A stretch of 64,000 nt of DNA from Antedon mediterranea (lineage: Eukaryota > Animalia > Echinodermata), in assembly GCF_964355755.1 (NCBI RefSeq), contig NC_092680.1, positions 19,911,045 through 19,975,044 of the forward strand, read 5' to 3'. This document shows, piece after piece, positions 26,398 through 39,186 of the stretch; position 1 is the first letter of the stretch, and every line of letters starts with the position of its first letter. A program made the translations under genes and the position numbers. The notes under the pieces are model-generated. The model made no database searches, was not told the origin of the DNA, and worked only from the letters and a program-made list of their open reading frames with translations.

Positions 26398-26969
26398 AGG
26401 CCAGGTGCGGGCCAAAAATTTCTATTGATCATACATTCCAATAATTATCGATCTATAGATTCCCCTATGTTTCATAGTTTTGGAATTTTATTTGTGTTAC
26501 ACGAGCTTGTTGAAAATAAGCACTTTCTTATATTACACAGTAACATCTCTATTCTTTTGTACACAAATTTTGTAAATAGAGAAGCATTTTAAAAAGCTAT
26601 GAAAAATAAACGGTGTGGTACAAAATGTTATCAGATGACTAAATATAGGTAATATAACTTGAATTTTACATTTCTGGTATTTTAATTCAACTTCAGATTT
26701 TTATTTTTATGCCATAGCAACAATTATCCACCGTATATTCACCATTTTTTTCACCTTCTAGGGAGTCACCAGACATGTTATTACATTAGGTTAAACTACC
26801 TTACTACTGAAAAAAAGTCTTCCTGCTTTTTATGGCAGAATTTTGTAAAATGTTGAATTTGACCATATTAAGGGATTCATGTTTTTTCGTCTTGATTTCT
26901 GTTACAAATATTTGATTTATGTACAATTAACCAGATATTATATTTAAAATTCTTGTCTGTACCTGAGCT
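26398..26969. mobile_element. ~570-bp non-autonomous DNA transposon, Kolobok-like, in DEG/ENaC intron 1
   Basis: TTAA-AGGCCAGGTGCGGGC..GTACCTGAGCT; closely similar inverted copy at 41655-42251. Confidence 0.75.
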
Positions 26970-27681
26970 TAAAGTTAAAACATGAAATCCTATTAAATCT
27001 AAAAAGCGTGATTGCAATTAATTTTATATGATAAATTAAAAAAAATTATAATAAGAAAACATTACAACGATTGATTTGTTTATCGACCAAATGGCCCCTA
27101 TGGCAAGGTGATCAAGTAATCGATTATAGACAAAGCCAGCCGTTTACTTTTTAAAATGTTTTCTTTCAGACATCTATCAAGTATCGATTTAGATGTACTA
27201 TAATTAATTGACTGGTATATCTTTATTCAAAAATGAAAACAACAAATTTACAAAAAAATTCATAAAATATAGCAGCATTTAGGGACGCATGCGTCCCAAG
27301 CTGAATTGCATTTCATGATAACATTAAAACAAGTGAAAACAATTTAAAAAAAAAAAAAAGGATCGAAGGGCGCAACTCACAAATTAAATTCGTTGATTAA
27401 GTTAATCAAATAAGGTAGAGGACTGTTACTATGGTTCAGAATATCAGATATGCGTACACAGAGTTTATATTGATTATAACTTTAAGTATGGAACACAATT
27501 TAAAAACGGTATTCTAATATAAATAATACATAGAAATGTTTGTTTGTCGATAATATTGCCTGAGAAATTTATTTAGAAAAATTGAACTTCTATATTATGA
27601 TAATATTGATTGATGAGCAAAGTAAATTATTATATTTGATTCGAATGCTGATTTTTTTTTTGTATTTGGTATAAACCGTTT

Positions 27682-28084
27682 TCTTTTCAGATTTGAAACA
27701 TTTGAACATTGATATTGTGTATCAGTTGAGGCAACAAATAGATAATGTGACATGCCTCGAGATAATTTAATTTATCATACTATTATTGTAGTAATGATTG
27801 CAAAAACAAACCAATTAAACATAATATAATATGGAAATCAAGAATAACAGTTATTAAAGGGTTTATCAAGATTTAAAAAAAAATCTTTTCAGATTTGAAA
27901 CATTTGAACATTGATATTGTGTATCAGTTGAGGCAACAAAGAGATAATGTGAAATTCCCTGAGATAATTTAATTTATCACACTATTATTGTATTAATGAT
28001 TGCAAAAACAAACCAATTAAACATAATATAATATGGAAATCAAGAATAAAAGTTATTAAACGGTTTATCAAGTTTTAAAAAAAA
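27682..28084. repeat. 202-bp tandem duplication in DEG/ENaC intron 1
   Basis: TCTTTTCAGATTTGAAACATTTGAAC.. at 27682 and 27884, with few mismatches. Confidence 0.92.
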
Positions 28085-28390
28085 TTGAAATTAAGGGAAC
28101 ATGAAGTTTATTCTTGGAAATGAATATTTCGTTTGAAGATTTTAATGAACTGACTGATACATTTTGAAAAAAGACTCTCGTAGTTTTAGAGAGAATGTAT
28201 TTTTGGGAAGAAATAAATATTGTTAATATAATAATACTGTATTAATTCGTTTCAGTAGAAGAGAGAAGTTTTTCACTCTATTCTTTCCACTCTGGCTATA
28301 TCATTTCTTAAGTTCTTTTAGTTCAAATCATGCACTTCTTATTTTTGTGGATATTATTTTAATTGTGAATTTAAATATAAATAAACTTAC

Positions 28391-28954
28391 CTGATCGCTT
28401 TCTTTTTTCTTATTAGAATCTTGTAATTCTGGATCGCTTACGTTTTCCAGTTTCGACACTCGAATCGGATTGATATTACAAATGGTAACAGCAGGGAATT
28501 CTAGCTCACTATTATATTCAATATCAAGCTGAACATCAACCGGGTACGTTAAAAACTTTTCCACAAGTTCTTTACTCTGATAAATTAAAAATCCAACTGC
28601 AATTGAGAACAGAAGGCTCCAGATAATCTTTCCTATCGTTGTTTCCGATCGAAGAATATTTGGTATTCCATGAGCAGTTGTGTTTTCAAATACGGTACAC
28701 ATCATATTTTTGAACGTTTTTTCTTCTTTTGTTCCACTACTCGTTGGAGAATCTTGTTTGTCAACAAATGCGTTTCTGTATTGGGTTCCTCCGTACGGAG
28801 GTTCCAGTTGGTTCGCCATTTCCAATGATGTTTTAAAGTCAGGGTAGGCTACGATAAACCTTCTTTTTCTGATGTCATCGAATACGTACGACTCGTTGAC
28901 GTTGTCATGTCGAAATGCAGGGCCAATTATAGAATCTTTAAAATAAGTACACAC
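28391..28954 (-). CDS. DEG/ENaC exon 1 (N-terminus, HG motif, TM1)
   Basis: FENTTAHGIPNI..IIWSLLF..FLTYPV..FPAVTICNINPIR; donor CAG|GTAAGT at 28390, phase 0. Start is ATG 28954 or 28819. Confidence 0.92.
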
Positions 28955-29064
28955 ATAAATTGATTTTTAAATTATTCACCGGGACAACCTATAATTCTAT
29001 AATTACATGTGAATACAAATATGGATAGATATATTCTGTATAATTATTATGAATGACACGCTAC

Positions 29065-29113
29065 CTGCACAATTTTATCACACTGAGTTGGAGCTTTCTT
29101 TTTTATAGCCAAT
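29065..29113 (-). promoter_or_regulatory. Candidate core promoter and 5' micro-exon of the DEG/ENaC gene
   Basis: Minus strand reads ATTGG-C-TATAAAA (TATA 29107-29101), then Inr-like TCAGT (A at 29084), a CAG|GTAG donor at 29064 and a TAG acceptor at 28989. TATA-Inr spacing is somewhat short. Confidence 0.3.
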
Positions 29114-31371
29114 CAAAATATTCATAGTATTAGTCCCCACAATATAACAAAATTCACTTAGAAGAAATTAGGATTTTGTTTAAGTAAAAAATTATATTTT
29201 ATCAAACAATAAGGAATGTTTGAGTCTAAACATTAACTTTAAAAAAATGTATACGACTCAAAAAAGTTTAATCATTGTAAATCCAAAGATCTATGCATAC
29301 TCATGGTGACACGCTCCTATTGACACCTACGTCATGACAGACAACTTCCATTATCACTTGTTAATACAAAATAATAGCCTAAAGAGCCTTGTGTAAATGA
29401 AGAAAGTAATAATTGTATTCGACACGGAAAAATGTGCGTGTTGTTGCATTGAGCAGATTGATAATTGCTCAAAAAGATAGAATAGACCTATCAAACTGTC
29501 TACGAAAGAATACCTCTCCACAGAATGAAAGTTAACAGTATGTGTCTTTGTGTAATCTATGCGTAAAAGTCTTCCAAAAATTGACATAACCAAAATGCTT
29601 GATTGAAGAAACACGGCCAACTTTATTAACCTTATACTAAACTACAAATAACAATGGTTTACGTAGATATATTGGCATTTCCTAAACTGTCAGTATAATT
29701 ATTATTACCTTTTTCAAATATTTGAACAAGGGTTAAGCTGCCACTCTAGTGTCAAGATTGGAACTAAAGCATCAGTAAACGTCCCCCAGTTTCCTGTATT
29801 GATGCCGTCCGCAAATGAACTAAAGCATTTGAAATGACATTAGGTGGGCCTACATGCTATATATCTCTTAATTCAATGGCAAGTTTCAACAAACCAAGAA
29901 CATTAAAGCAGAAGTCGTCGTTACTTACTCCAAATATAATTGTTCTCGGTTTGAGTATACCTAATAATGGATAAACAACCCAATACATTCAAAAGATGTT
30001 CTTAAATTCGGGATATTTATCTGAAATCAGTTCAAGGGAAAAGCTATTGTTTACCACAAAAATACATTACGCCATTTACTAGGCATGCGGCCACCACATC
30101 CATTAACATTGTTTTTCTATTCATGAAAGTGCACTATTGAATTAATACAAAACATTAATATGAAAGTTAAATGATGTAATGAATTAATATATTTCTTAGA
30201 TAATTGATCTATTAACCTACACTTGAAACCTTTTAGCTAAACTAACATAATTTTAAAACCAAACAACAATAAAATCAAATCAATAACTTTCTTTCAATAA
30301 ATCAATCTTCGATTGCGTACCGTATGCAATTGATAATTAACAATCGATAGAAATTTAAATACATACACATATTAAACACCATAGAAGAGTGAAATTCACT
30401 CTTCCTTAAGTGGCGATAAAATTGAACTTATTTGTACACTGACGCTGTTTGGATGCAATTTCTGAATTTAATTCCGATCTTTATCTAAATGATGGAAAAG
30501 GTACCTTAATAATTAAAGACTTGTTAGCCATGTACGTCTTTCTTCCAATGGTCAGCAAATGCCGTAGGACAAATTTCAGTTATATAGAATAGGTTTATAC
30601 ATGAATACATTTCTTACGATACGAAACACAATATAAATTATTACAATAATTACACAGCGATGGGATTAAGTGTCTAATATTAACTTTCGAAATATAATTA
30701 CTTAAACAATGTTTTAATGTAAATATGTATATGTTTGTATGATGTAGTATGTTTAAGGGATATTAGCCATTGACGGCATTTGCAGCAATAAAGAAATTGA
30801 ATTGAATTTTGTTCCATGTTATAATAGACAAAGGTACACAACAACCCTGAAATTATATTTCTTAAAACCTTGATTTTCAAATAAAAAAGACCCTTTTTAA
30901 CAATGCGATCGGAACGATACGGTCTCATTAAGGGTCGTTGATAGTAAAATAAGCTTGGACTGATACTTATTATAATTATCGACCTTTAATTAGTTTACAA
31001 ACAAAGTGCAAGCACATGAGGGTTACATTGATCTTCTGAAATTGTGTTTACAATTGTTGGTTAAATATCCAATATTAATGTCACATGTTAGATATTCACT
31101 TTGACCAAAAAATAGGGGAAGCTGTCAGCCAATATGTTTTAGATTGAATTTAATAATAATAATATACTGTTTAACTGGTAATTTTGCACTTTTAAAAGTA
31201 ACTTCCTTTTTATATTTTTTGGAGACACTACGTCTTTAAATACATGTTTACATATGGGATTAATATTCAAATAGGCCTACATAGATAAAACAATAAAATG
31301 AGGTTGGCAATAGATAATTATATATTACATATTTAACAATGGAAATAAAGTAAAGTTTTAATAGTAAATAA

Positions 31372-31376
<5 letters not shown>

Positions 31377-31411
<35 letters not shown>
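31377..31411. repeat. (TA)n microsatellite
   Basis: Directly visible TA run. Confidence 0.95.
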
Positions 31412-31413
<2 letters not shown>

Positions 31414-31499
31414 TTAAGTTGCAGATAATGATGTAGAAGATTAAGCTTAACCATTCTATGTATCAGATAGAGTTACTACGTAAAGAAATAATAAAAATG

Positions 31500-31845
31500 A
31501 CAAATATGTTGGTCACCAAGGCCAAATAACAAAACATTGTAGGTCTCATCAACAACAAACTTACTTTTGGCGATTTCTGTCACGAAAGCCTACGAAAACA
31601 AAAACTCGCGTTCGACTCGTCAACAAGACAACCTCCGTTAAACGAGTTCGTTCACCAAGACCAAAAAAGAGAATTTCGTACGACTCTTCGACAAGAAAAC
31701 TTATCGTTAGGCGATTACGTTCGACCAAAACAACGAAAAAACTCGCGACAAAAAAACTTAGCTTCATACGATTCCAGACACCAAGTACAAAGAACAAAGT
31801 GGCGTACGATTCATCAACAAGGAATCTTAATATTAGGCGATCCGG
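31500..31845. repeat. Degenerate ~69-bp tandem repeat, A/C-skewed and CpG-rich
   Basis: Recurrent GT(A/T)CGA(C/T)TC.TC(A/G)ACAAG..TTAGGCGAT motifs at ~31610, ~31678 and ~31804, with weaker units between and before. Confidence 0.6.
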
Positions 31846-34800
31846 CCAAGCATGACCAACGAAATAATTCGATCAAACACACATACAACCTTAATTCTTC
31901 ATTATCCTAATATGAACAAGTGACTCCACTGCCGTCGCACCTTTTAGATATTCCGACGCCACTCGTCAAGTCGATTGTATTGTTGCATGATTAATTTCGA
32001 CATTATAGATAATTATGCTGTTATCTTAAGAATAATTTGACAAACAAATCTGTATCAGTGATTTGTAAGGATTTTAATAGGTTGAATATCATCAAGACAA
32101 TTAATAAGTAGGCAAAAATAAAGGAATACAGAACACTAAAGATAAATCTAGATTAAGCTGACATTATGGTTGTTAAAAGCCTAACGAATAATTTATTTGA
32201 CCTCCGTTAATAAAGCAAGCGACAAAAGATAATTCCGCAGAGGGCCTAATCAGTTTCCAGTTAAGCTCGAGGACCAGTATGAATACCTTTATTGAAAAGT
32301 TCGTAGTTTGTTTCAAACGAACCATTCATGAAATGTCTCCTTTTCAAATTAGGAGCAGCACTGTTTATATATAAATTGAATTTTACCTGTTCACGGTTGT
32401 GTTGTAAATACTGTACGACGCAACAAGTACTTTTCACGTTGTCCGAAAACTCTTTGATAATGTCCGTTGATAATGTCCAACAGTAATGTCGACCATCATC
32501 AGAATATTACAATTTTTAATTAACACAGACATTATATTATGTCGATCACCTACTGAATACCAAGTACGAAGTGACACCTGACGAGTACTTTATTTATATT
32601 ACTTCGCACCATTGTTATGCAGATCTGATTTCCTGGAGTACATTTTATGTGCGCTAGACAAGTAGTATTATAGAATACATTTTACAATTTACCAGTTTAA
32701 ACCCAGTACCACGGGTTTCTTTTAAATGTAAATATTGCTCATTTAGTGTACAGTATGTGATTATTTTGGATCAGGAAAATAACAATTACCACAGAGAATG
32801 AAATCAGTATTATGGCCCTCGGTCGGCATGATCGTCGCATATGATCTAATTTGGTCAAGATTAATAATCAATGGTTTAGGCACCTTTGTACATAATTTCA
32901 GCGTCTAAATTAAGTCAATGCTAGGCTATCATTTTAAATATAGCATAAAACCTTCATCTTCGTGTCGTTTGATTCGATAGTACCATTTCACTCTTGTCCG
33001 ATCGTACGTCATTAAATTACACCAAGGAACGCCCATCAATGATTGATGATCAATCCGCAAAAATCGCATGGATTATGAATTTGACTTGAAAGTCAGTGTG
33101 CATGCGCAAAACCGAGCTGTAGTTATTTTTAAAGACTGGTGGCGCTATAATTCAATCCCTTGTTTACTCAATATTATTATACAGTAGCAATTGAAAAATA
33201 TTAAATAACTAAGCTGTTTATAACTTTAGTTTTGTATTACGGTCAAATGCTTATACAAATTGTTGAATAAATTCCCTGAATGGGGAAAGTAGAATTTTAA
33301 TTAATTTAAATTGTTAAAACAACCTGGTATGTGAAATTCTTAAAAACAATGAATGCACAACTCGATACACCAGAATGGATAAATATTGTCTACTTAATAA
33401 AATACCAAATATATTTATACTGCATGGCCTATAGGCCTATTCTAATCTGCAAATTATGCTAATATCATTTCATGATACGTTATGAACAAAAATGTGCTTG
33501 GATAGTTGGTTGCAGGTTATCTTTCAACATTAAAAAAGTTGCTTACGTGTTTATCTTTCAACATTTAAAGAAATAAGCATAGTAAAGAAAAAGTATGCAC
33601 AACAATTTTAGTCATCGTGAAAATGACACATACTATTAGTATACAATAAGAGTACATGCACAACAATAATAATAATAATGTAATATATACTTCATTAAAA
33701 TATATACCGGTAGAGCTGTAGTTTGGTGGTTAACGTGCTTGCCTTCCAATCCTAAAGTTCAATCTTGACCTAGTGCCAGGGTTGTAACTCACGACTCTTT
33801 TAACTCCACTCCCTAAGCCTCAAATGAGACTTAATTTATAAGCATGATAAATTATAAAATAGTATATCTTGCTTATAAACTTACAACCTGTAATTGGCGA
33901 ACTGTGCTCACTTTTGTATGAAAAAAAAAACAACTATAGAGTTATAACCATAATGATAATAATATTTACCTGTAGCAAATATCTCCATCGTTATGTCATC
34001 AACAAACCGTCAAAATAAAGAGACGGTGACGAGGCAAAACTCTAAAATACAGTGAGTTGTGATTTCACAGCATTCAATGTTCTAATGACAAATAACAATA
34101 AAAACGGGCGATTGATTGACAAATGCAGTATTGTCTAATTATATTTATATTAGAAATATAGTTTAGTTTGAGGTCGTCAATAATGAGATGGTATAACAGC
34201 TTGGAGGTAACAATTGACTTTAATAATTATTCAATTATCGTTTCAAATAATTAAATGATTGCATTTAAATCTGATTGGTAACCTGCACACAAGTGTAATT
34301 GCTAAAATTAAGAACAAGAAAAACAAGAAAACAGAGAACATGATGATTTTAAAATAGAAAAAAGTAAGTAAAAGTAAAAGGCGAATTTAAGTGTTGTTCT
34401 TTTATAATAAGCAATAGGTACTCACATTCCTCTTCATTATTGTCAATTTGCTGTTTTGAATAGTAATGGTCTTCACATGATAATAATTCACGCCCTCTAG
34501 CATGATGTTGTGACTCTTTAGTTGTTTCGCAATTTAAATAGCGCCCACCTTTTCAACAAAAGTCATTTAGAAATGCATGTATATACCTGTTTGTTTGTAT
34601 ACAGATACGTTTGTTTATCTTTTCGAGTTTTTCCAAACATTTACACACCCACAGCCCATACCTATTCGTTTCCAACTAAAATCGATGACGTCACAAAATC
34701 TAATAAAAATCTCGATATAATGTGCAATATCAGCCGACTTATTCAATAGCATGCCCTCTTTTTCTGAGCGCTGGTTTATTGTGTTCGTTACCATATTATC

Positions 34801-36381
34801 CTCATTATCGATATCATCAAAACAAAAACTTTCATTAAATGTTTCTCACCTCTTTAAATCATCATGATTAATATTGTATGCATATTGTATATGAACTATT
34901 ATAGGGTCACTATTCCCATCATCAGTATTATTATTATGCCAGTCAACAAGACCATAAACATCAGCATCTACTAGGCCTAGATCACCACTTGTTATGCCTA
35001 CTTCATTCAGCATTGTCACCTTGGAAACATGTAAGTTTCATCTGTTGTTTATCCCACCATTCTTCGTCAACCTCTTCCTCTCTTACGTCATATTAAAACT
35101 TATAAAAGACAACCTATATATGTATTAATTTATTTTCATTTGGATGTAAATAAAAACAGCAAAAATTAAAATGAGTAAAAAACATTAAAAAAAACAAACA
35201 ATGGATTTAAAACAACGCTAGCAATACATTATAGTGGTCTTGTATAATATATAGTTACTATAAATATCATCATATACTTTACATTGCAATCGAAGCAGTG
35301 AAGCAAATGTACAGAGTTTGTGAACGTAGTGCGCATGTCTCAAACAAAGCAATAGACAAGCAAGAAGACGTCATATAGATTAATACACACACGCTTGTTT
35401 AGCACATAATATCGCATATTATCAGGCACACTGGAGTGTATACATAGTTTACTCTGGGATAAATAAAAGCGATTGAAGCGAAATAAAACACAAGAATATA
35501 TCTTAGACGAAGGTGAAATTAAATCAAAATATTTATCTACAGACTTAATAAAATATTAGGAGATTTTGTAATAACTAACTATAGATACATATCGCAACTA
35601 AAGACAATATTTGCGTGCGCTTCATCAATATGCGTTGTGTATGCGATGCGCTTAAAATTGATGTGTTCTTTCAAGCAAGTGTTTTCGTAATGTGGAAACG
35701 CATGCGCAGCTTAAATGTCAACCGCTTCTACCGGTCGTGCACGAGTAACATACATGATGCGTAATTAGTATCTAATTAACAAGGTATTATATATAAACGT
35801 TAATATCTTTGTATAATTTGTTATCTATGTTTCTATAATCCTATATTTGTATTTACAATAATGACGCATTTATTTATGTAATATACAATAATGTACATAC
35901 ACGTTTTATATACGTGTCACACACGATTTAGCATAATGCCTATATCAACAGAAGTATCGAAACGTGACGCATAATTAAAGAAAATGAAAGCATTATGGCG
36001 ACTACTTACCATACGCCCTTTGTAATTATATATAAATAGGTATAAAGGCAAATTTGCTATAATAACGGAGATATTTTGTCATTAGGTATAAACTACCTTA
36101 TTCTAAATGCTACAGTATGTCACTATGTAATGTTTTAAAGTGTACAGCCTTCTTGGTTATATCTTAACGATCCTCATCAGCATACATTCAATATTTATAG
36201 CTTTTATATATAATTTATTATATTATTTATAATTCATATCATTTTATATTATATGTTTACATATTCCATTTACAATGCGATCCTTTTGGTATTTGTAGCT
36301 TAAATCAGCCTGAACGGAAGCAGTATATTTGGCCTAAATAAAGTCAGTGGGCCGCCGCGCTCGATCACTAATAAGCTGACA

Positions 36382-38592
36382 CTAATTGCTGTTTTCAACA
36401 GGCTGCTGTGTATTTCTGGAGGTGGGCATGTCCCAATCCTCCGATGCGCAGTGAAACCAAATTGCATTCTTATTCTCATTGTTTTCCTGGCCATGTAAAG
36501 TGGATTCATCCAGAGATCTAGACTTCATTTGCGAACAAGCACCGTTGATAATTTTGCTCATTCCACGGTAGCGATGCATCGAAAGATCAGGTGACATTCC
36601 CAGCCTGATACCAGCTGCTTTTGTTACATCATCAGTACATGGATCTGACACTGTCCTGTTCACTTCTACTTTGGTGGATCGTTCGGACGGAGGGGTTATA
36701 ATCTGACCATCAGAAGGACAGCTGTCACTCGTTGGCTTAGGTTCCGGAGACGATGGCTCTCTTTGTAATGGTTTGTGATTACACAATCTCAACCCAGTCG
36801 TAATTCCACTAAGCAAACCAGGTCGAATTTTATTTTTTCGTGACTTGCCTTTTCCTATTGATTTTTTAGCAAGTCTTGGTTGAGGACTGTTTGTTAGGCT
36901 ACCCCCTGAATCCGTTGACGAAGCATTTTCTTTGTCGTCATCAATGGTTACGCGCTTAGGTTTAGGTCCTTTCAAGCTTTGGATGTCAGGACTTGCTGGA
37001 GATTTCGGTCTATCGTCCCCTGAACTGATGGCTGTTCTTAAGGCTGGCTTTAGTGACTTAGGTGAGCAAACGTGTCCATTCCCTTCTTGATCAGCTTTGA
37101 TCCACGTTGTAGTATATCCATTGTCCAACTTCTGTACTACAACAATTCCTTCATCTGCGCCTTCATTTTCGACGGTACTGCTACCATGTTTCATAGGCGA
37201 GTGTTTGCGAAGTAGTGGTTCCGTTTCATCGGTTTCCCTCGCGTCATCCGTGGTAGGAGTGACGTCGTATTGATTTTGAGTAGTTAAGTAACGTTCACTT
37301 TTTGGAATTAGTTTTTCACTACAATCAGAGACAACTTCTGACGAGATCATGTCCATTCCTCTTTGTCGATTCAGTTGTCCTAAACTTGGTATACGTTGTC
37401 GATCAATAAATGCATGTAAATCATTTGTATCGTAATGGTCATGCACGCCACACGTGTGATGTCGATGTGGAGACATTTGGATGTCCGGATAGTCAACAGA
37501 TGTATACGGATCAGAAGCCAAACTACTTGAGCTCTGACGGTTTGCGTGATCCGTGTAAGTAGTAGAACTAAGACTTCGATTCCTTGGATATCTGGGTGGT
37601 GGTAGTCGATCAGCAGAATGGGACAACTTTACTTCTGGAACAACTGGTACCATTTGGAATTCAAGACCAGCAGTTTGACAGCAGCTCTGTGCGCTATCGA
37701 GTTTACTGTTACAACCCTGTGGAGGCATTCTATTTTCGCATGCACTGTTTTCGGCTTTGTTTCGCTCAGCTTCAATGACAACATCAATAGTAGCAAAGTC
37801 CACATCGTTATCATTGCTAACCAAACTGAGTAAGCTGCCGTTTTTCTTAGCTTTATCATAAGCATCGCGTCGCTTCAATGCCTTCTCTTGCTTACTTTGT
37901 TCTTTGTAGAATTCAGAAAAATTATTTACGATAATTGGAATGGGAAGCGCAATGAACAGTACACCAGAGACACAGCACACTGCGCCGATAAGCTTTCCAA
38001 GTTCCGTCGTTGGATAAATATCTCCATAACCGACCGTTGTCATTGTGATAGCTGCCCACCAAAAGGCCGCCGGTATGCTCTTAAAACCTGTATTCTCTTC
38101 ATCTTTTTCTGCAAAATATTCTAAACTGGAAAACAACATTATTCCGAGTGCTAAGAACAAAATGAGCAAGCCAAGTTCCTTGTAACTCCTCTTCAAAGTG
38201 AATCCCAATGATTGTAGCCCGGTTGAGTGTCTGGCTAACTTCAGGATTCGAAGAATTCTCATGATACGGAAGATCTGAATAATCCGCCGTACATTCTGGA
38301 ATTTTAGAACCTGTTCGTTGGATACAAAGAGGGTAATATAGAAAGGCAAGATTGCCATTAAATCGATCATGTTTAGCGCACCTTTAAAGAACTTCCATTT
38401 ATCCGGTGCTGATACCAGTCTTAACACGTATTCTAGTGTGAACCAGGCTATACACACTTTCTCTATCATAATTAGATGTTCATTCTCATGTTCATGTCCA
38501 TCTTCATCAACTACTGTAAAATTGTCTATTGTGTTTAAAGATAGTGCGATGGTCGATAACACAATAAACAATATTGATATTACAGCCACGAC
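36382..38592 (-). CDS. KCNB: Kv2/Shab coding exon 2 (S1-S6, pore, long C-terminus)
   Basis: S4 [33 protein letters not shown]; pore [15 protein letters not shown]; Kv2-type S6 [10 protein letters not shown]; stop at 36382. Confidence 0.97.
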   Translation of the reverse strand, partial: VVAVISILFIVLSTIALSLNTIDNFTVVDEDGHEHENEHLIMIEKVCIAWFTLEYVLRLVSAPDKWKFFKGALNMIDLMAILPFYITLFVSNEQVLKFQNVRRIIQIFRIMRILRILKLARHSTGLQSLGFTLKRSYKELGLLILFLALGIMLFSSLEYFAEKDEENTGFKSIPAAFWWAAITMTTVGYGDIYPTTELGKLIGAVCCVSGVLFIALPIPIIVNNFSEFYKEQSKQEKALKRRDAYDKAKKNGSLLSLVSNDNDVDFATIDVVIEAERNKAENSACENRMPPQGCNSKLDSAQSCCQTAGLEFQMVPVVPEVKLSHSADRLPPPRYPRNRSLSSTTYTDHANRQSSSSLASDPYTSVDYPDIQMSPHRHHTCGVHDHYDTNDLHAFIDRQRIPSLGQLNRQRGMDMISSEVVSDCSEKLIPKSERYLTTQNQYDVTPTTDDARETDETEPLLRKHSPMKHGSSTVENEGADEGIVVVQKLDNGYTTTWIKADQEGNGHVCSPKSLKPALRTAISSGDDRPKSPASPDIQSLKGPKPKRVTIDDDKENASSTDSGGSLTNSPQPRLAKKSIGKGKSRKNKIRPGLLSGITTGLRLCNHKPLQREPSSPEPKPTSDSCPSDGQIITPPSERSTKVEVNRTVSDPCTDDVTKAAGIRLGMSPDLSMHRYRGMSKIINGACSQMKSRSLDESTLHGQENNENKNAIWFHCASEDWDMPTSRNTQQPVENSN

Positions 38593-38861
38593 CTGAAAGA
38601 TACAAACCATGAGTTATTTATTATTTGAATGTACCAATTATTGAAGTAAAGCATCTTGTCTACAAGTTAAGCTTTAACGTTGGAAACTTAGCTTTAGAGT
38701 GTAAACTAAAACGCTTGTTTATTCACAGGCCTAATAAAAATGCGCACCTAAAGCCGATTTTCCACTAGGCGAATTTGTTCGCGCGAATCGAAGGCGTCAG
38801 CTAATACGCATGCGTAGAGAAGGATTTGGAAGACGTAAACATATTTATTTGACATTCTATA

Positions 38862-39186
38862 TTTTGTATTATTATTTGTCCTCAGTGAGGAAATTCGGAT
38901 TAGGCCCTCCACGGACCCACGGCAGCCAGCAGTGCAGCGCCTACCATATTAGGCAATGAGAGTAAAGCATCTTGCCTAAGGATGCAATTAGTATGGTACA
39001 GATAACCTCGAACCCATGCCTATCACATGCTAGTCCGATATTACCATTACACCATCACTCTCCAGTATATACAGCACCCGCCACGATTTCTAGACGGTCT
39101 CCCATCCAGAACGCAACCGGGCCCAACGTTGCTTAACTTCGGTGATCTGACGAGAACCGGTGTTTCAACGCAGTATGGCCGTATAT
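38862..39186 (-). mobile_element. Composite SINE: 5S head + tRNA-like segment + CORE-like segment + LINE-like tail
   Basis: After the 5S part: TGGTGTAATGG (A box) and GGGTTCGAG (B box) at ~39005-39060, then TGCATCCTTAGGCAAGATGCTTTACTCTC (CORE-like), then AATTTCCTCACTGAGGACAAATAATAA (stem-loop tail). Confidence 0.65.
39067..39186 (-). pseudogene. Full-length (120 nt) 5S rRNA-derived sequence (SINE head or 5S pseudogene)
   Basis: ATATACGGCCATACTGCGTTGAAACACCGGTTCTCGTCAGATCACCGAAGTTAAGCAACG..TGGATGGGAGACC..GGGTGCTGTATAT. Metazoan 5S motifs with A and C boxes; no oligo-T terminator after it. Confidence 0.88.

Larger units (their letters stand above)
19802..28954 (-). other. DEG/ENaC/ASIC-superfamily sodium channel gene span, 11 coding exons, 1848 nt CDS (~615 aa; 570 aa from ATG 28819)
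   Basis: All ten introns are GT-AG with matching phases. HG motif, FPAVTICN, GNCYTFN, Cys-rich thumb and TM2 GLS filter are present, with no internal stop. Confidence 0.92.

Noticed and set aside
39067-39186. Functional 5S rRNA gene
   Set aside because: Single copy inside a MITE, altered intermediate element and 3' region, and no Pol III terminator; treated as a SINE head or pseudogene.
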